DNA from: an uncultured Isosphaeraceae bacterium
GTDB taxonomy: Bacteria; Planctomycetota; Phycisphaerae; Phycisphaerales; SM1A02
Assembly: GCA_964634655.1 (NCBI GenBank)
Contig: CAZWJR010000004.1
Span: forward strand, 1 to 35,665
DNA length: 35,665 nucleotides
Reading direction: 5' to 3'
A program made the translations under genes and the position numbers. The notes under the pieces are model-generated. The model searched no databases and was not told the origin of the DNA. It worked only from the letters and a program-made list of their open reading frames with translations. The stretch's first letter is position 1. Every line of letters starts with the position of its first letter. Of this stretch, positions 17,478-26,469 are shown piece by piece.

Positions 17478-19838
17478 TCAGGGGCAGGGGCCCCATGCAT
17501 TGATGACGGCCAGCAGGTCGCTGGCGTTCACGATGCCGTCGCCAGTGACATCGGCGGGACATCCCGGGCACGCCCCCCAGGAATTGATGACCATCAGCAA
17601 ATCGCTCACGTTGACCACTTGGTCCTCATTCGCGTCACCGGCACAGAATTTCCGGGATGCGACAACCAGTGCAAAGACGGCATCCAAGCCCGGTGTGGAC
17701 GGATTGCCGTCTTGGACGATGGCGTCTCCGTACACACGCACGGTCCAGGTTCCTGCGGCAGGATTTGAAACAAAGACGTTCTCGACGTTGTCGATTGTGT
17801 CGGCAGTTCCGCCAGGGGATGACACATTGGCGGTCTTCAAGCCGTTGTTTCCCCAGAAGAAAGTGTTGTTCGGGGCTGTTACCTTGAGGCTCAAGTCGTT
17901 GACAAGCGCCTGCGAAGCGGCTGGGTTGCCCTTGGGGTCTCTGTATACAAGCGTGGCTCGCAATTCGCTCGCACCGGCAGGAACTTGAATTGTGTAAGTC
18001 TTGACTTGCGCTGGCAGAATTGGATCGCTCTCGTTGATAATGAAAGTTTGGTTGCGGTCCCGATACAGGCGCGCAAGATCGGGCATCCCCCAGCCTTGTT
18101 TGGCTCGAGTGATATTTCCGTTGAATCCGCCAGCCAGCCAGTTGTACTTGTAGGCAGAATTGATCATCATCGCCTTGGCTGTGGCCATGTGTGGGCGACT
18201 GTCGAAGACCGTCGCCGCTCCGCCAAAGCCGGTGAACACCTGCTGATGCCACATCTGCGTGAGCAAGCCGAAATAGCCGCACACAATGGGAGTGGCCGCG
18301 CTGGTTCCGTTGAAGAACGAGTTGTACGCGCTGTTGTCGCCGCTGGTGGGGCACAGAACGTTGTCATAAAAGTGGGTGAGATCCGGTTTGACGCGGCCAT
18401 CCGCAGCGGGCCCGAAACTGGCGCCGGACCATGTGTCGTCCAATCGAGTAAGCGTATCGAAGTGATTCACGCCGCCCACGGAAATGGCATTCTTAGCCCA
18501 AGCCTCGGGCCTTGAGAGTGTGCTGTTGTTGTTGCTCTGCGATTGGCAGAGGATGACATCGTAGATGAAGAGAATGTCATCAAGCTCCGCAGAAACGGTT
18601 GTGTATTGAGTATTGGATGCGCTGCCCCAACTGTTGCTCTGGAACACCGCGCGATACTGGCCCAACGGATCAACAAGTTCTGACGTGTGTGTGTAACGTG
18701 AGACGATTCCGCCCTGTCCGGCCAGTTGGGTGTAGCGAGCGAATATGCCTTGCTCTCGATTCGGGAGCAGTCCTGTTCCGGCAGCGTTGGCCTCGCCGTT
18801 GCCAAAAACGATTCCGTAGGTGCTTGTGCCGTGCGGCATGACGTTTGGCGGCACACCATGAATGACCGGCGCGGGCAACTGAAACGCAATGTGTGTCTGG
18901 AGAATCCCATCATCCATTACTTCACCGCGCACGCCCTGGCCCGTGAATCCAAGATTGGAAAGCAGTGGTGTGGCACCGCCGATTTGCCGGGCGATGTCCA
19001 TGTCGGTACCAGCGGGTCCCCATCGATCGATGAATTGGACCTGGTTCATCGCAGCGACTTCAAGGAGTTGGGCGGCAGTCAGTGTGGCTTCCAACCGAAA
19101 GCCTTCTTTGATTCGGGCGTTCACAACGCCGCCGAGTTCAGCGATGCGATTGGCGACCACCTGCTGAACAGCGGGCCCGCGCTCAAAGAGCATGATTGAA
19201 TATCGCCGCGTGGGTATTGATTTCAGATCGACGCCCGCCGATGAACGCTTCGAGGGCGCGGCGGACAATTCGGCAACGAGCGACTCCTCCAGTCGATACG
19301 CTACGTGATAGGGGCCTACCCATCGCACGGTTGGAAGCGTGGCGGACAGATCGCGCATAGCCGACGTCATTTCGACGACGTAGGCGTTCATGGGAAGGTA
19401 CGTGCGAGGCTTTGCCCCGAGTTGGCGAAGTTGATCGAGCATTGCTTCGTTCGGTGGGGCGATGAATTGAACAATTGAGAGAGCGGCTTGCTGTCCAACG
19501 CCCGCCGCTGTCATTTTCTGCCTTAGCAACTCCGGAACCTGCGGTTGACCCGTAAGTGGATCGAAGCCTGCCCGGCGCAGTTTGATTGTGTAACTGGTTG
19601 GGCGCGGCTCGGTGAAGTGTGTGCCATCAAGACTGGTGGCGTACAAGGGAAGCCGGTTTTCGATTGAGCCAGGAACTGATGGCGGAGCCCACACCGCCAT
19701 TACCGCATTTGAACCGGTTATGGGAATTAGACGCGCGTTGGAAAGGGTCAGGTCATCGGCAGTATCGGCAACAGCGAGCCGTGAAATCGCGGCAATCAGA
19801 AGTACGCACGTCTTGAAATCTCTCTTGAGGTGATGCAT
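17478..19838 (-). CDS. Secreted subtilisin-like serine protease (peptidase S8) with propeptide-like N-terminal domains and a double dockerin-like C-terminal tail
   Basis: Signal peptide MHHLKRDFKTCVLLIAAISRLAVA. Triad motifs EVMDDGI (Asp), PHGTSTYG (His) and NGTSAATPIVCG (Ser). Tail: GDANEDQVVNVSDLLMVINSWGACPGCPADVTGDGIVNASDLLAVINAWGPCP. I use the ATG at 19838; the track uses a GTG at 19859. Confidence 0.9.
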   Translation of the reverse strand: MHHLKRDFKTCVLLIAAISRLAVADTADDLTLSNARLIPITGSNAVMAVWAPPSVPGSIENRLPLYATSLDGTHFTEPRPTSYTIKLRRAGFDPLTGQPQVPELLRQKMTAAGVGQQAALSIVQFIAPPNEAMLDQLRQLGAKPRTYLPMNAYVVEMTSAMRDLSATLPTVRWVGPYHVAYRLEESLVAELSAAPSKRSSAGVDLKSIPTRRYSIMLFERGPAVQQVVANRIAELGGVVNARIKEGFRLEATLTAAQLLEVAAMNQVQFIDRWGPAGTDMDIARQIGGATPLLSNLGFTGQGVRGEVMDDGILQTHIAFQLPAPVIHGVPPNVMPHGTSTYGIVFGNGEANAAGTGLLPNREQGIFARYTQLAGQGGIVSRYTHTSELVDPLGQYRAVFQSNSWGSASNTQYTTVSAELDDILFIYDVILCQSQSNNNSTLSRPEAWAKNAISVGGVNHFDTLTRLDDTWSGASFGPAADGRVKPDLTHFYDNVLCPTSGDNSAYNSFFNGTSAATPIVCGYFGLLTQMWHQQVFTGFGGAATVFDSRPHMATAKAMMINSAYKYNWLAGGFNGNITRAKQGWGMPDLARLYRDRNQTFIINESDPILPAQVKTYTIQVPAGASELRATLVYRDPKGNPAASQALVNDLSLKVTAPNNTFFWGNNGLKTANVSSPGGTADTIDNVENVFVSNPAAGTWTVRVYGDAIVQDGNPSTPGLDAVFALVVASRKFCAGDANEDQVVNVSDLLMVINSWGACPGCPADVTGDGIVNASDLLAVINAWGPCP

Positions 19839-19996
19839 GGTGCTACGAATGGGATTCACAGGGCGACGATGACAGGGATAGGGCGCGGCGGCTCTCCAAT
19901 CAACTTACCCCGATTCTTGAGTTCTCCAAAGGCAATTCCGTAGAAACCGGCCAGCGGTTGCGTAATTGGTGGCTTTATGAGGGTGAAAAATTGGGT

Positions 19997-20029
19997 AAAG
20001 GAAAAACCCCCGGCCGAAGCCGGGGGTTT
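19997..20029 (-). terminator. Rho-independent terminator of the 20063..23899 gene
   Basis: 8-bp GC stem CCCCCGGC/GCCGGGGG (20007-20014 and 20019-20026) with loop CGAA. On the minus strand it is followed by TTTTTCCTTT. Confidence 0.8.
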
Positions 20030-20062
20030 GGGATGGACAGAAGGGTTGGACCAGAAGGCTGA

Positions 20063-23000
20063 CTAGTGCGGGCAATCGCCCCAGGCTGTGATAACTGCCA
20101 GCAATTCGTTGACGTTGACGACCCCGTTGCCGCCGAACGGCATGAAATCGGTCGGGCAGTCGTTAGGTCCGGGCGGGCAAACTCCCCAAGTATTGATGAT
20201 GGCCAGCAGGTCAGCGACATTGATCGTGCCGTTACCTCCAGGTGGCGCCACATCGGCGGGGCATGGCGGCTTAGGCTTGGACATGATGCCTGTTGCAATA
20301 AGGGCATCAAAGCCGCCTGGTGCGACGGCACTATCGCCGGTGGAGAACAACAGGTCATCAAACCGCAGGGGGTTGTTCTGGGCGTAGCTGACATCCACGG
20401 TGACGGGGGTTACGCCGCCCGGTGGAATTGTGAGGTTGCCTATGTAACGCGTTCCTGGCGGCAGACCGTTGAGCCGCAGAGCGGTGCTAAGTTCCCGCGT
20501 CTCGGAGTCAAACGCCTGAATCTGATAGGGGAACGACACGGCCACTCCGGTTGGATTGGTGATATTGACGCAAATGGGTGCCGCAATACCGACAGGAACC
20601 GCTTCCACTCCGATGCAGCAGTTGCGGAAGACCGCGCAGAGATCACGACGATCCTGCACGGAACCGTAGCAACTGCTCGTGGAACCTCCGAGCGTGTTGG
20701 TCACGTTGATCTGGTAGCAGCCGACCTGATTCAGTGCGTTCATGCCCGTTGGCCTGTTGATCTTGACCTGCAGGTTGATGCACGTGTTGGCTGGGATCGA
20801 CACCGGATTGGTGAACAGCGGCGTGAACACCGTCGGTCCAGGAATGGTGCAGTTCGGGCCAACCGGTTGCGGCTGGAATGCTACGTTGTACTGCTGTGCG
20901 ACCGAGGAATCATTGCACACGGTAAAGGTTACCGTCACCTGATTCTGGCCGAGGCAGAATGGCCAATCCCATGGCACGTAGCAGTGATGCTTGCACTTGC
21001 CATACGAGCCGGCGGCGTAGATGGATTGGATTTCAGCCTGCGAGAGGACGCGCTTGAACATCTCAATCTCGTCCATCCAGCCGCGATAGAAGTTGCCGAA
21101 ACTGTTGCGACCGATCAGGACCGGCGTGGTGTTGCCGATGCAGACGCATCCGATGTTGGTGGTTCCTGCCGCCACTCCGTTGATGTAGAACGTGATGGTG
21201 CGTGAACCGTTCGGTGGCCCGCCGGTGGCGGTCACGGCGATGTGCGTCCACACGTTTGCAGCAATAGCACCCGTGGATTGAGCAATGCATCGCAGCGATG
21301 TGGTGGTCATTTCCAGTCGAAGTTGTCCCGTAGACATGATGGAGAGGTCATAGCCGACCGGGAACGAGGTCGATTTGGAAACGATGGTGCCAAACAGCGA
21401 TTGCGGTTTGATCCAGGCGTCGATGGTGAAATAACCGCAGCCGAAATCAAGCGCCGCCGAATGTGGCACCTGTACCCATGAGTTGTTGGCGAAACCCAGG
21501 CCACTTGCCACCATGCCAGTGCGTGGGGTCAGGCCGCTTGTGGCGGTCGGCTTCCAAGCGCCATGGTTTGCGGCGATCGAGTCCTTGGAGATTCCGCCAC
21601 CGGGTGTCGTTTCATCCAGCGTCCACCACGCCACCATGTTGGCCGGAGGAGTCACGCATGGTTTGCAGGAATCAACAGTGCATGGCACGTTGTCACCCAG
21701 GTACTGACCATAAGGCAGAGCCAGGCACTCTTGCAGGGTGGTGATGGCGCAGACAGTACCGGTGGCGTTGCGATAGCAGCACGCGCCGGTCTTCGGGCAC
21801 GGGCTGGGATTGCATGTGGTGTTGGCGCCCATCCAGGTGCTTTGTGGATAGTTCATGCACTCTTGCTGCGTAACCACGACACAAACGTAGAACGCATTTG
21901 GTCCATCCTTGAAGCAGCACGCGCCCTTGGGAGCGCAGGGCAGCGGTGAGCACGAAGTATTCGCATACCACTGGCTCTGTGGATACTGGCTGCACTGTGC
22001 CTGCGTCATGATCTGGCAGATGTAGCCGGCCGGTCCGAGGTAGCAGCATGCACCTGTTGGGATACAGGGATTGGGATTGCACGTCGTGTTTGCACCGAGC
22101 CAGCTGGAATTCGGGAAATTCTGCAGACACGCTTGCATCGTTGTGATCGTGCAATACACGGTTGGGTTCGGAAGATCTTGCCAGCAGCAGGCGCCGTTGA
22201 CGGGTGGATCGCACTGCACTTGGGCGCAGGTGGTTCCATTGCCCTGGTAGATCCCGCCGGGGTAGTTGTTCTCGCAATCCTGCTGTGTCGTGATAATGCA
22301 AGAGTGAGTTGTGGATGGCGGGGGGTTGCGATAGCAACACGCGCCGAGAATTGGATCGTGCGGGCACGGATCAGGATTGCACGTTGTGTTGTTGCCCTGC
22401 CACTGGGGATTGAAGTAGTTGTTCAAGCAATCCGCCTGGGTGACAATCACGCATTGGAAAATGGTGGTGCCGGGGATTTGATAGCAGCAAGCGCCAGTAA
22501 GTGGCGGGGGATCGCATTGGACGTTGATGCACAAGGAGTAATTGCCCCAATAGACGCCATTGGGGAAGGTGGCGCATTGTGCAGCGGTGACTTCAATGCA
22601 CTGCCACGGACCGCCGGGCTGCTGATAACAGCAGGCACCCTTGACTTCGCATGGATCGGGGTTGCACACAGATCCATCGCCCAGGTAGTTGCCGTTGAGT
22701 GCGATGCACTGCTGGGCGGTCATGATGTTGCAGATCAATCCAGCAACAAGCGGGCTCTGATAGCAGCACGCGCCGGTGGGGGGCTGGCACTGAACGGTGG
22801 CACAGGTCGAGCCGGCGCCGTACCACGTGCCAAAGTAACTATGCTCGCAATCCTGCTGCGTCGTGACGATGCATTGATTGACTCCCGCTGCATCCTTGTA
22901 GCAGCAGGCTCCATTTGGAACACAAGGCGAGCCGACCGGTGGACATGGCACGCCGTTCCCCAGATAGGTGCCGCCAACTGATTGGCAATCGGCAGCAGTC

Positions 23001-23899
23001 ATTACTCCGCACTGCGGCGGAAGGCCGGGCTGCTGGAAGCAGCAGGCGCCTGTCTGGGCGCAGGTTGCCGCGGTGCACGGGGTGCCGTTGCCCATGTACG
23101 TGCCATGGAGGACATTCACGCAGTTTGGCTGGGTGGTCTGGGAACACTGTTGGATGCCTTGGGAATCAATGTAACAGCAAGCGCCAACGGTAGTGGTGGT
23201 GCAAAGATTGGCGGTGCAAGTCGAACCGACGCCATACCAAGTGCTGCTGGGCAAGGTCGCACACTGGGCCTGGGTCATAATGCCGCAAACCGGCGGGACC
23301 TGATAGCAGCAGGCTCCGAGAACGCATGTTCCGGAGCAGTTGTAGCGAACGGTGTACTTGTTGGAGGTCGGACACGGCAAGCCGCTGTTGACCGCGCCAC
23401 CGGCGATCGTGCCGGGGTAGATTTTGAGTTTGGCAAACTGTGGGGCGGGCAGGCACGCACACAACGTGAGCGGATTGCAGTCACTGGCTTCTCCCTGAGC
23501 CACCAACGTCAAGCCGCCACAGTTCCCCGTGTAAATCTGCACAACGACTGGAGTGTCTGCGTTGACCGTGAAGCAGACTTGCTCGGTGCCATCATTGTTG
23601 GAATCGTTGACGTGAACGTTGTACCAGTCTGTATCATGACTTCCCTGTTGTGCCCACACGCTGCCGCAGTAGCCTTCCGGACAGCGAAGCTGATAGAAAT
23701 TCTGTGCAGCGCAATCACAGCCGCAGTTGACGGTATTGACACCGCACGGCTCATTTTCCGGAATGAAGTTGCCGGAGGTACAGGAAACCGGGCATTGAGC
23801 GTCAACGCCACCCCCTCGGTCCTGGGCGTGGGCAAGGCTGGCAAGCAAACAGGCGCAAAGGAAGCATGTGGCGACGATGGTGGTGCTGATTTTTGTCAT
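20063..23899 (-). CDS. Large secreted multidomain protein: Cys-rich PPC-like N-terminal domain, 12 tandem six-cysteine GACC modules, LamG/ConA-like domain, Ig/CARDB-like region, double dockerin-like tail
   Basis: Strong SD AAGGAGG. Signal peptide MTKISTTIVATCFLCACLLASLAHA. DTDWYNVHV (PPC-like). 12 x GACC[YFW]... repeats. VAWWTLDE...GWMDEIEMFKRVLSQAEI (LamG-like). Tail ...GGNGTINVADLLAIINTWGVCP...GGNGVVNVNELLAVITAWGDCPH. Confidence 0.9.
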   Translation of the reverse strand: MTKISTTIVATCFLCACLLASLAHAQDRGGGVDAQCPVSCTSGNFIPENEPCGVNTVNCGCDCAAQNFYQLRCPEGYCGSVWAQQGSHDTDWYNVHVNDSNNDGTEQVCFTVNADTPVVVQIYTGNCGGLTLVAQGEASDCNPLTLCACLPAPQFAKLKIYPGTIAGGAVNSGLPCPTSNKYTVRYNCSGTCVLGACCYQVPPVCGIMTQAQCATLPSSTWYGVGSTCTANLCTTTTVGACCYIDSQGIQQCSQTTQPNCVNVLHGTYMGNGTPCTAATCAQTGACCFQQPGLPPQCGVMTAADCQSVGGTYLGNGVPCPPVGSPCVPNGACCYKDAAGVNQCIVTTQQDCEHSYFGTWYGAGSTCATVQCQPPTGACCYQSPLVAGLICNIMTAQQCIALNGNYLGDGSVCNPDPCEVKGACCYQQPGGPWQCIEVTAAQCATFPNGVYWGNYSLCINVQCDPPPLTGACCYQIPGTTIFQCVIVTQADCLNNYFNPQWQGNNTTCNPDPCPHDPILGACCYRNPPPSTTHSCIITTQQDCENNYPGGIYQGNGTTCAQVQCDPPVNGACCWQDLPNPTVYCTITTMQACLQNFPNSSWLGANTTCNPNPCIPTGACCYLGPAGYICQIMTQAQCSQYPQSQWYANTSCSPLPCAPKGACCFKDGPNAFYVCVVVTQQECMNYPQSTWMGANTTCNPSPCPKTGACCYRNATGTVCAITTLQECLALPYGQYLGDNVPCTVDSCKPCVTPPANMVAWWTLDETTPGGGISKDSIAANHGAWKPTATSGLTPRTGMVASGLGFANNSWVQVPHSAALDFGCGYFTIDAWIKPQSLFGTIVSKSTSFPVGYDLSIMSTGQLRLEMTTTSLRCIAQSTGAIAANVWTHIAVTATGGPPNGSRTITFYINGVAAGTTNIGCVCIGNTTPVLIGRNSFGNFYRGWMDEIEMFKRVLSQAEIQSIYAAGSYGKCKHHCYVPWDWPFCLGQNQVTVTFTVCNDSSVAQQYNVAFQPQPVGPNCTIPGPTVFTPLFTNPVSIPANTCINLQVKINRPTGMNALNQVGCYQINVTNTLGGSTSSCYGSVQDRRDLCAVFRNCCIGVEAVPVGIAAPICVNITNPTGVAVSFPYQIQAFDSETRELSTALRLNGLPPGTRYIGNLTIPPGGVTPVTVDVSYAQNNPLRFDDLLFSTGDSAVAPGGFDALIATGIMSKPKPPCPADVAPPGGNGTINVADLLAIINTWGVCPPGPNDCPTDFMPFGGNGVVNVNELLAVITAWGDCPH
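21659..23317 (-). repeat. In-frame tandem array of 12 diverged modules, each 129-150 bp (43-50 aa)
   Basis: On the plus strand the GACC codons appear as ...(A/G)CAGCA(N)GC(G/A/T)CC... about every 135-150 nt, from about 21775 to 23317. The protein-level register was counted by hand (aa 195-747). Confidence 0.85.
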
Positions 23900-24249
23900 G
23901 GGGTCCCCTCCTTATGGGGATGCGACGAATTTAGCCAAACGTGGGCAAAATGGAATAGCCAACAGTCAAGTTTGCAGAGAATCGTTAGGAGTACACCGCG
24001 AACGGATGCCAACCATCTCAGGACGGGTGGTTCACAAGGAGCCACACTCCGAGAACCGATAACGCGATCCACTTGGATCGGCATAAGCACAGGCATGGTT
24101 GAGCGAGAGATGGAGTAATCTCCCAACGCAGATTAACAGGGCACCCTCCGTCGGCGGCTACAATGCCGCCGCACGGGAGCGTCTCTTGAAGAAAGGCACT
24201 CTCTGGGGGGAAACTGGCTCAACCTTCTCGGCGCAAGGCGTGTTTCTTG

Positions 24250-24837
24250 ATGGAAACTGATCCAAAGCCCCCAAATTCACCTCTACCGCGTGATGTCACT
24301 CGGTTGTTGAGCCGTATCAACAGCGGTGATGAGGGAGCCGCCGCCGACCTGCTGCCGTTGGTCTACAACGAGCTTCGGCGGCTGGCAGGTGCTTTTTTTG
24401 CCGGCGAACGGTCCGACCACACCCTTCAGCCGACGGCGTTGGTTCACGAAGCGTTTCTGCGGTTGGTTAAGGATCCTGATGCCAAGTGGGAAAGCCAATC
24501 CCACTTTTATCGAGTGGCGGCTCTTGCCATGCGGCGGGTGCTGGTGAATTACGCGCGCGACCGAAAACGAATCAAGCGCGGCGGGGCGGCCCATCGCATC
24601 TCGCTGGAGCAAATCGATCTCACCGAGAGCGCGTCTGTTGATCTGGTGGCCTTGGATGAGGCGCTCGTCAAACTCGGCGAAATCGATACCCGCAAAGAGC
24701 AGGTTGTGCAGTTGCGGTACTTTGGCGGGTTCAGCATTGAGGAAACCGCACGCATGTTGAGTGTTTCGCCTGCACAGGTAAAGCGGGACTGGACGATGGC
24801 CCGTGCGTTCCTTTTGCGAGAATTGGGAGCAAAATGA
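24250..24837 (+). CDS. ECF-type RNA polymerase sigma factor (TIGR02999-like subgroup)
   Basis: DVTRLLSRINSGDEGAAADLLPLVYNELRRLA, TLQPTALVHEAFLRLV and region 4 VVQLRYFGGFSIEETARMLSVSPAQVKRDWTMARAFL. ATG at 24250; the track uses a TTG at 24247. Confidence 0.9.
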   Translation: METDPKPPNSPLPRDVTRLLSRINSGDEGAAADLLPLVYNELRRLAGAFFAGERSDHTLQPTALVHEAFLRLVKDPDAKWESQSHFYRVAALAMRRVLVNYARDRKRIKRGGAAHRISLEQIDLTESASVDLVALDEALVKLGEIDTRKEQVVQLRYFGGFSIEETARMLSVSPAQVKRDWTMARAFLLRELGAK

Positions 24838-25079
24838 AAAAAGCCCCGACCGGGGAGGCAAACCGATGCGGGGCCGATCCAGGGGGTTCTTCCCACCCAA
24901 CTCACTGACCAAACGACAAACCAAGCATCGAATTCAGAAATTCGATTACAAGTGGTGTACTCCACGTGCTTTCATTTTGTGAATCGGAAGGATGGTCTGT
25001 GCGGCTGGGGGAACATGCGGCAATCCACACTTGGCAATCTGAAGCTGCCGGAAGGCGTTCAATGGTCAATTGCCGTACG

Positions 25080-25108
25080 CTGACTGCCGTTTTTCAGGTC
25101 GCTACAAT
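25080..25108 (+). promoter_or_regulatory. Sigma70-like promoter candidate CTGACT-N17-TACAAT, placed for a leaderless coaD mRNA
   Basis: The -10 TACAAT (25103-25108) ends 7 nt before ATG 25116. There is no SD between them. Confidence 0.35.
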
Positions 25109-25115
25109 CGCTCCA

Positions 25116-25709
25116 ATGTCTCCCGTACCCGGAAAATCGCACCCCAACGGCGGTCATCCTCACGTTGCCATTTACGCCGGCTCCTTTGATCCCATAACGC
25201 TTGGGCACCTGGATGTGCTTCGCAGGGCCCGGCGGCTGTTTGATGGGATTGTGCTTGCCATCGGCCGCAATCCCGACAAACCATCGCTGTTCAGCGCGGA
25301 AGAGCGGCTGGAAATGGCACAGATTCTGGTTGATGAACTCCTTGAATCCGATCCAACCGGATGTCCGGTGCGCGTGGAGCGGTACAACGGACTGACCGTG
25401 GACTTTGCGCGCAAGGTCCATGCCGCAGCAATTTTGCGAGGCATTCGCAACATGACCGATCTTGCCAACGAATGCCAACTTGCCATCACCAATCGGCAGG
25501 TCGCAGACATCGAGACTGTTTTTGTTGTCACCGGCGAAGAATACGCCTTTACAAGTTCCAGCCTTATTCGGCAGATCGCTGGCTTGGGCGGACCGCTGGA
25601 GCGGTTGCACACGATCGTTCCCAAACTTGTGATTGAACGCATGAAGAAAATGCGCGATGACCCGAAGAACCCGTTGGGAAAACTGGCAAGGGATCAATTT
25701 GTGGATTGA
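25116..25709 (+). CDS. coaD: Phosphopantetheine adenylyltransferase
   Basis: AIYAGSFDPITLGHLDVLRRA, ILRGIRNMTDLANECQLA and SSSLIRQIAGLGG. I use ATG 25116; the track starts at GTG 24966. It has a C-terminal extension of about 30 aa. Confidence 0.9.
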   Translation: MSPVPGKSHPNGGHPHVAIYAGSFDPITLGHLDVLRRARRLFDGIVLAIGRNPDKPSLFSAEERLEMAQILVDELLESDPTGCPVRVERYNGLTVDFARKVHAAAILRGIRNMTDLANECQLAITNRQVADIETVFVVTGEEYAFTSSSLIRQIAGLGGPLERLHTIVPKLVIERMKKMRDDPKNPLGKLARDQFVD

Positions 25710-25763
25710 ACCCATGGCAGCGATTGTGAGTCAATCGCGTACCGCCAAGTTTCGCTTACGCCC

Positions 25764-26459
25764 ATGACACCTGACTATCGCATCATTTCCATCGGCACTC
25801 TCGCAGCCCATCCGCTGTGGAATGAGAAGGGTGAAACGCGCACCGGGCATGCCACCACCACGTTGATCAGCGTTCTCGCGACTCGTGGAAACGTAAACAT
25901 CCTGGTGAATCCATCATTGCCGCCGCAGGCGATGGTGGCGAGATTATCCGAACGCGCACCGATTGGGCCCAATGACATTACGCACGTCTTTCTCACTTCT
26001 TTCGACGCCGATCATCGCAGGGCATTGTCGGTGTTTGAGAACGCTACGTGGCTGTTGCATGAGGCGGAACAGGATGCAGCGATGTCCGGCTTCAAAGTCA
26101 TGCGGGCCGAAGCCAAGGACGCGGGGGATTCAGAACTGGCCAACCTGATTGACCGGGAAATTGAGATTCTGGAAAAGTGCGAAACGGCGGATGATTCCAT
26201 CGCCCACAAGGTGGATTTATTTCCGTTGCCGGGTGTGACAGCGGGAACCTGCGGATTGCTGATCGCCCTGCCGGTGACGACGGTACTGATTTGCGGCGAC
26301 GCGATCCCCACCAGTGAACATCTGTCCCAGGGCAAGGTGCTGCAGCACGCCGCCAGCATTGCGCAGGCACAGGAGTCATTCAAAGAAGCCGTGGAGATTG
26401 CAGATGTGCTGATTCTGGGGCGGGACAATCTCACACTGAACCCGCTGCGAAGAATGTAG
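25764..26459 (+). CDS. Metallo-beta-lactamase-fold protein with degenerate metal-binding motifs
   Basis: Layout ILVNPS ... HVFLTSFDADHR ... LPGVTAGTCG ... ICGDAI matches MBL motifs 1-4. HxHxDH reads SFDADH and PGHTxG reads PGVTAG. Confidence 0.65.
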   Translation: MTPDYRIISIGTLAAHPLWNEKGETRTGHATTTLISVLATRGNVNILVNPSLPPQAMVARLSERAPIGPNDITHVFLTSFDADHRRALSVFENATWLLHEAEQDAAMSGFKVMRAEAKDAGDSELANLIDREIEILEKCETADDSIAHKVDLFPLPGVTAGTCGLLIALPVTTVLICGDAIPTSEHLSQGKVLQHAASIAQAQESFKEAVEIADVLILGRDNLTLNPLRRM

Positions 26460-26469
26460 GTACTTCCAT

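Noticed and set aside
21659-23317. A regularly spaced repeat of about 135-150 bp that could be mistaken for a CRISPR-like or satellite array.
   Set aside because: The repeats are in frame within one long ORF, are diverged at synonymous positions, have no unique spacers and have no cas genes nearby. This is a protein-domain tandem array.
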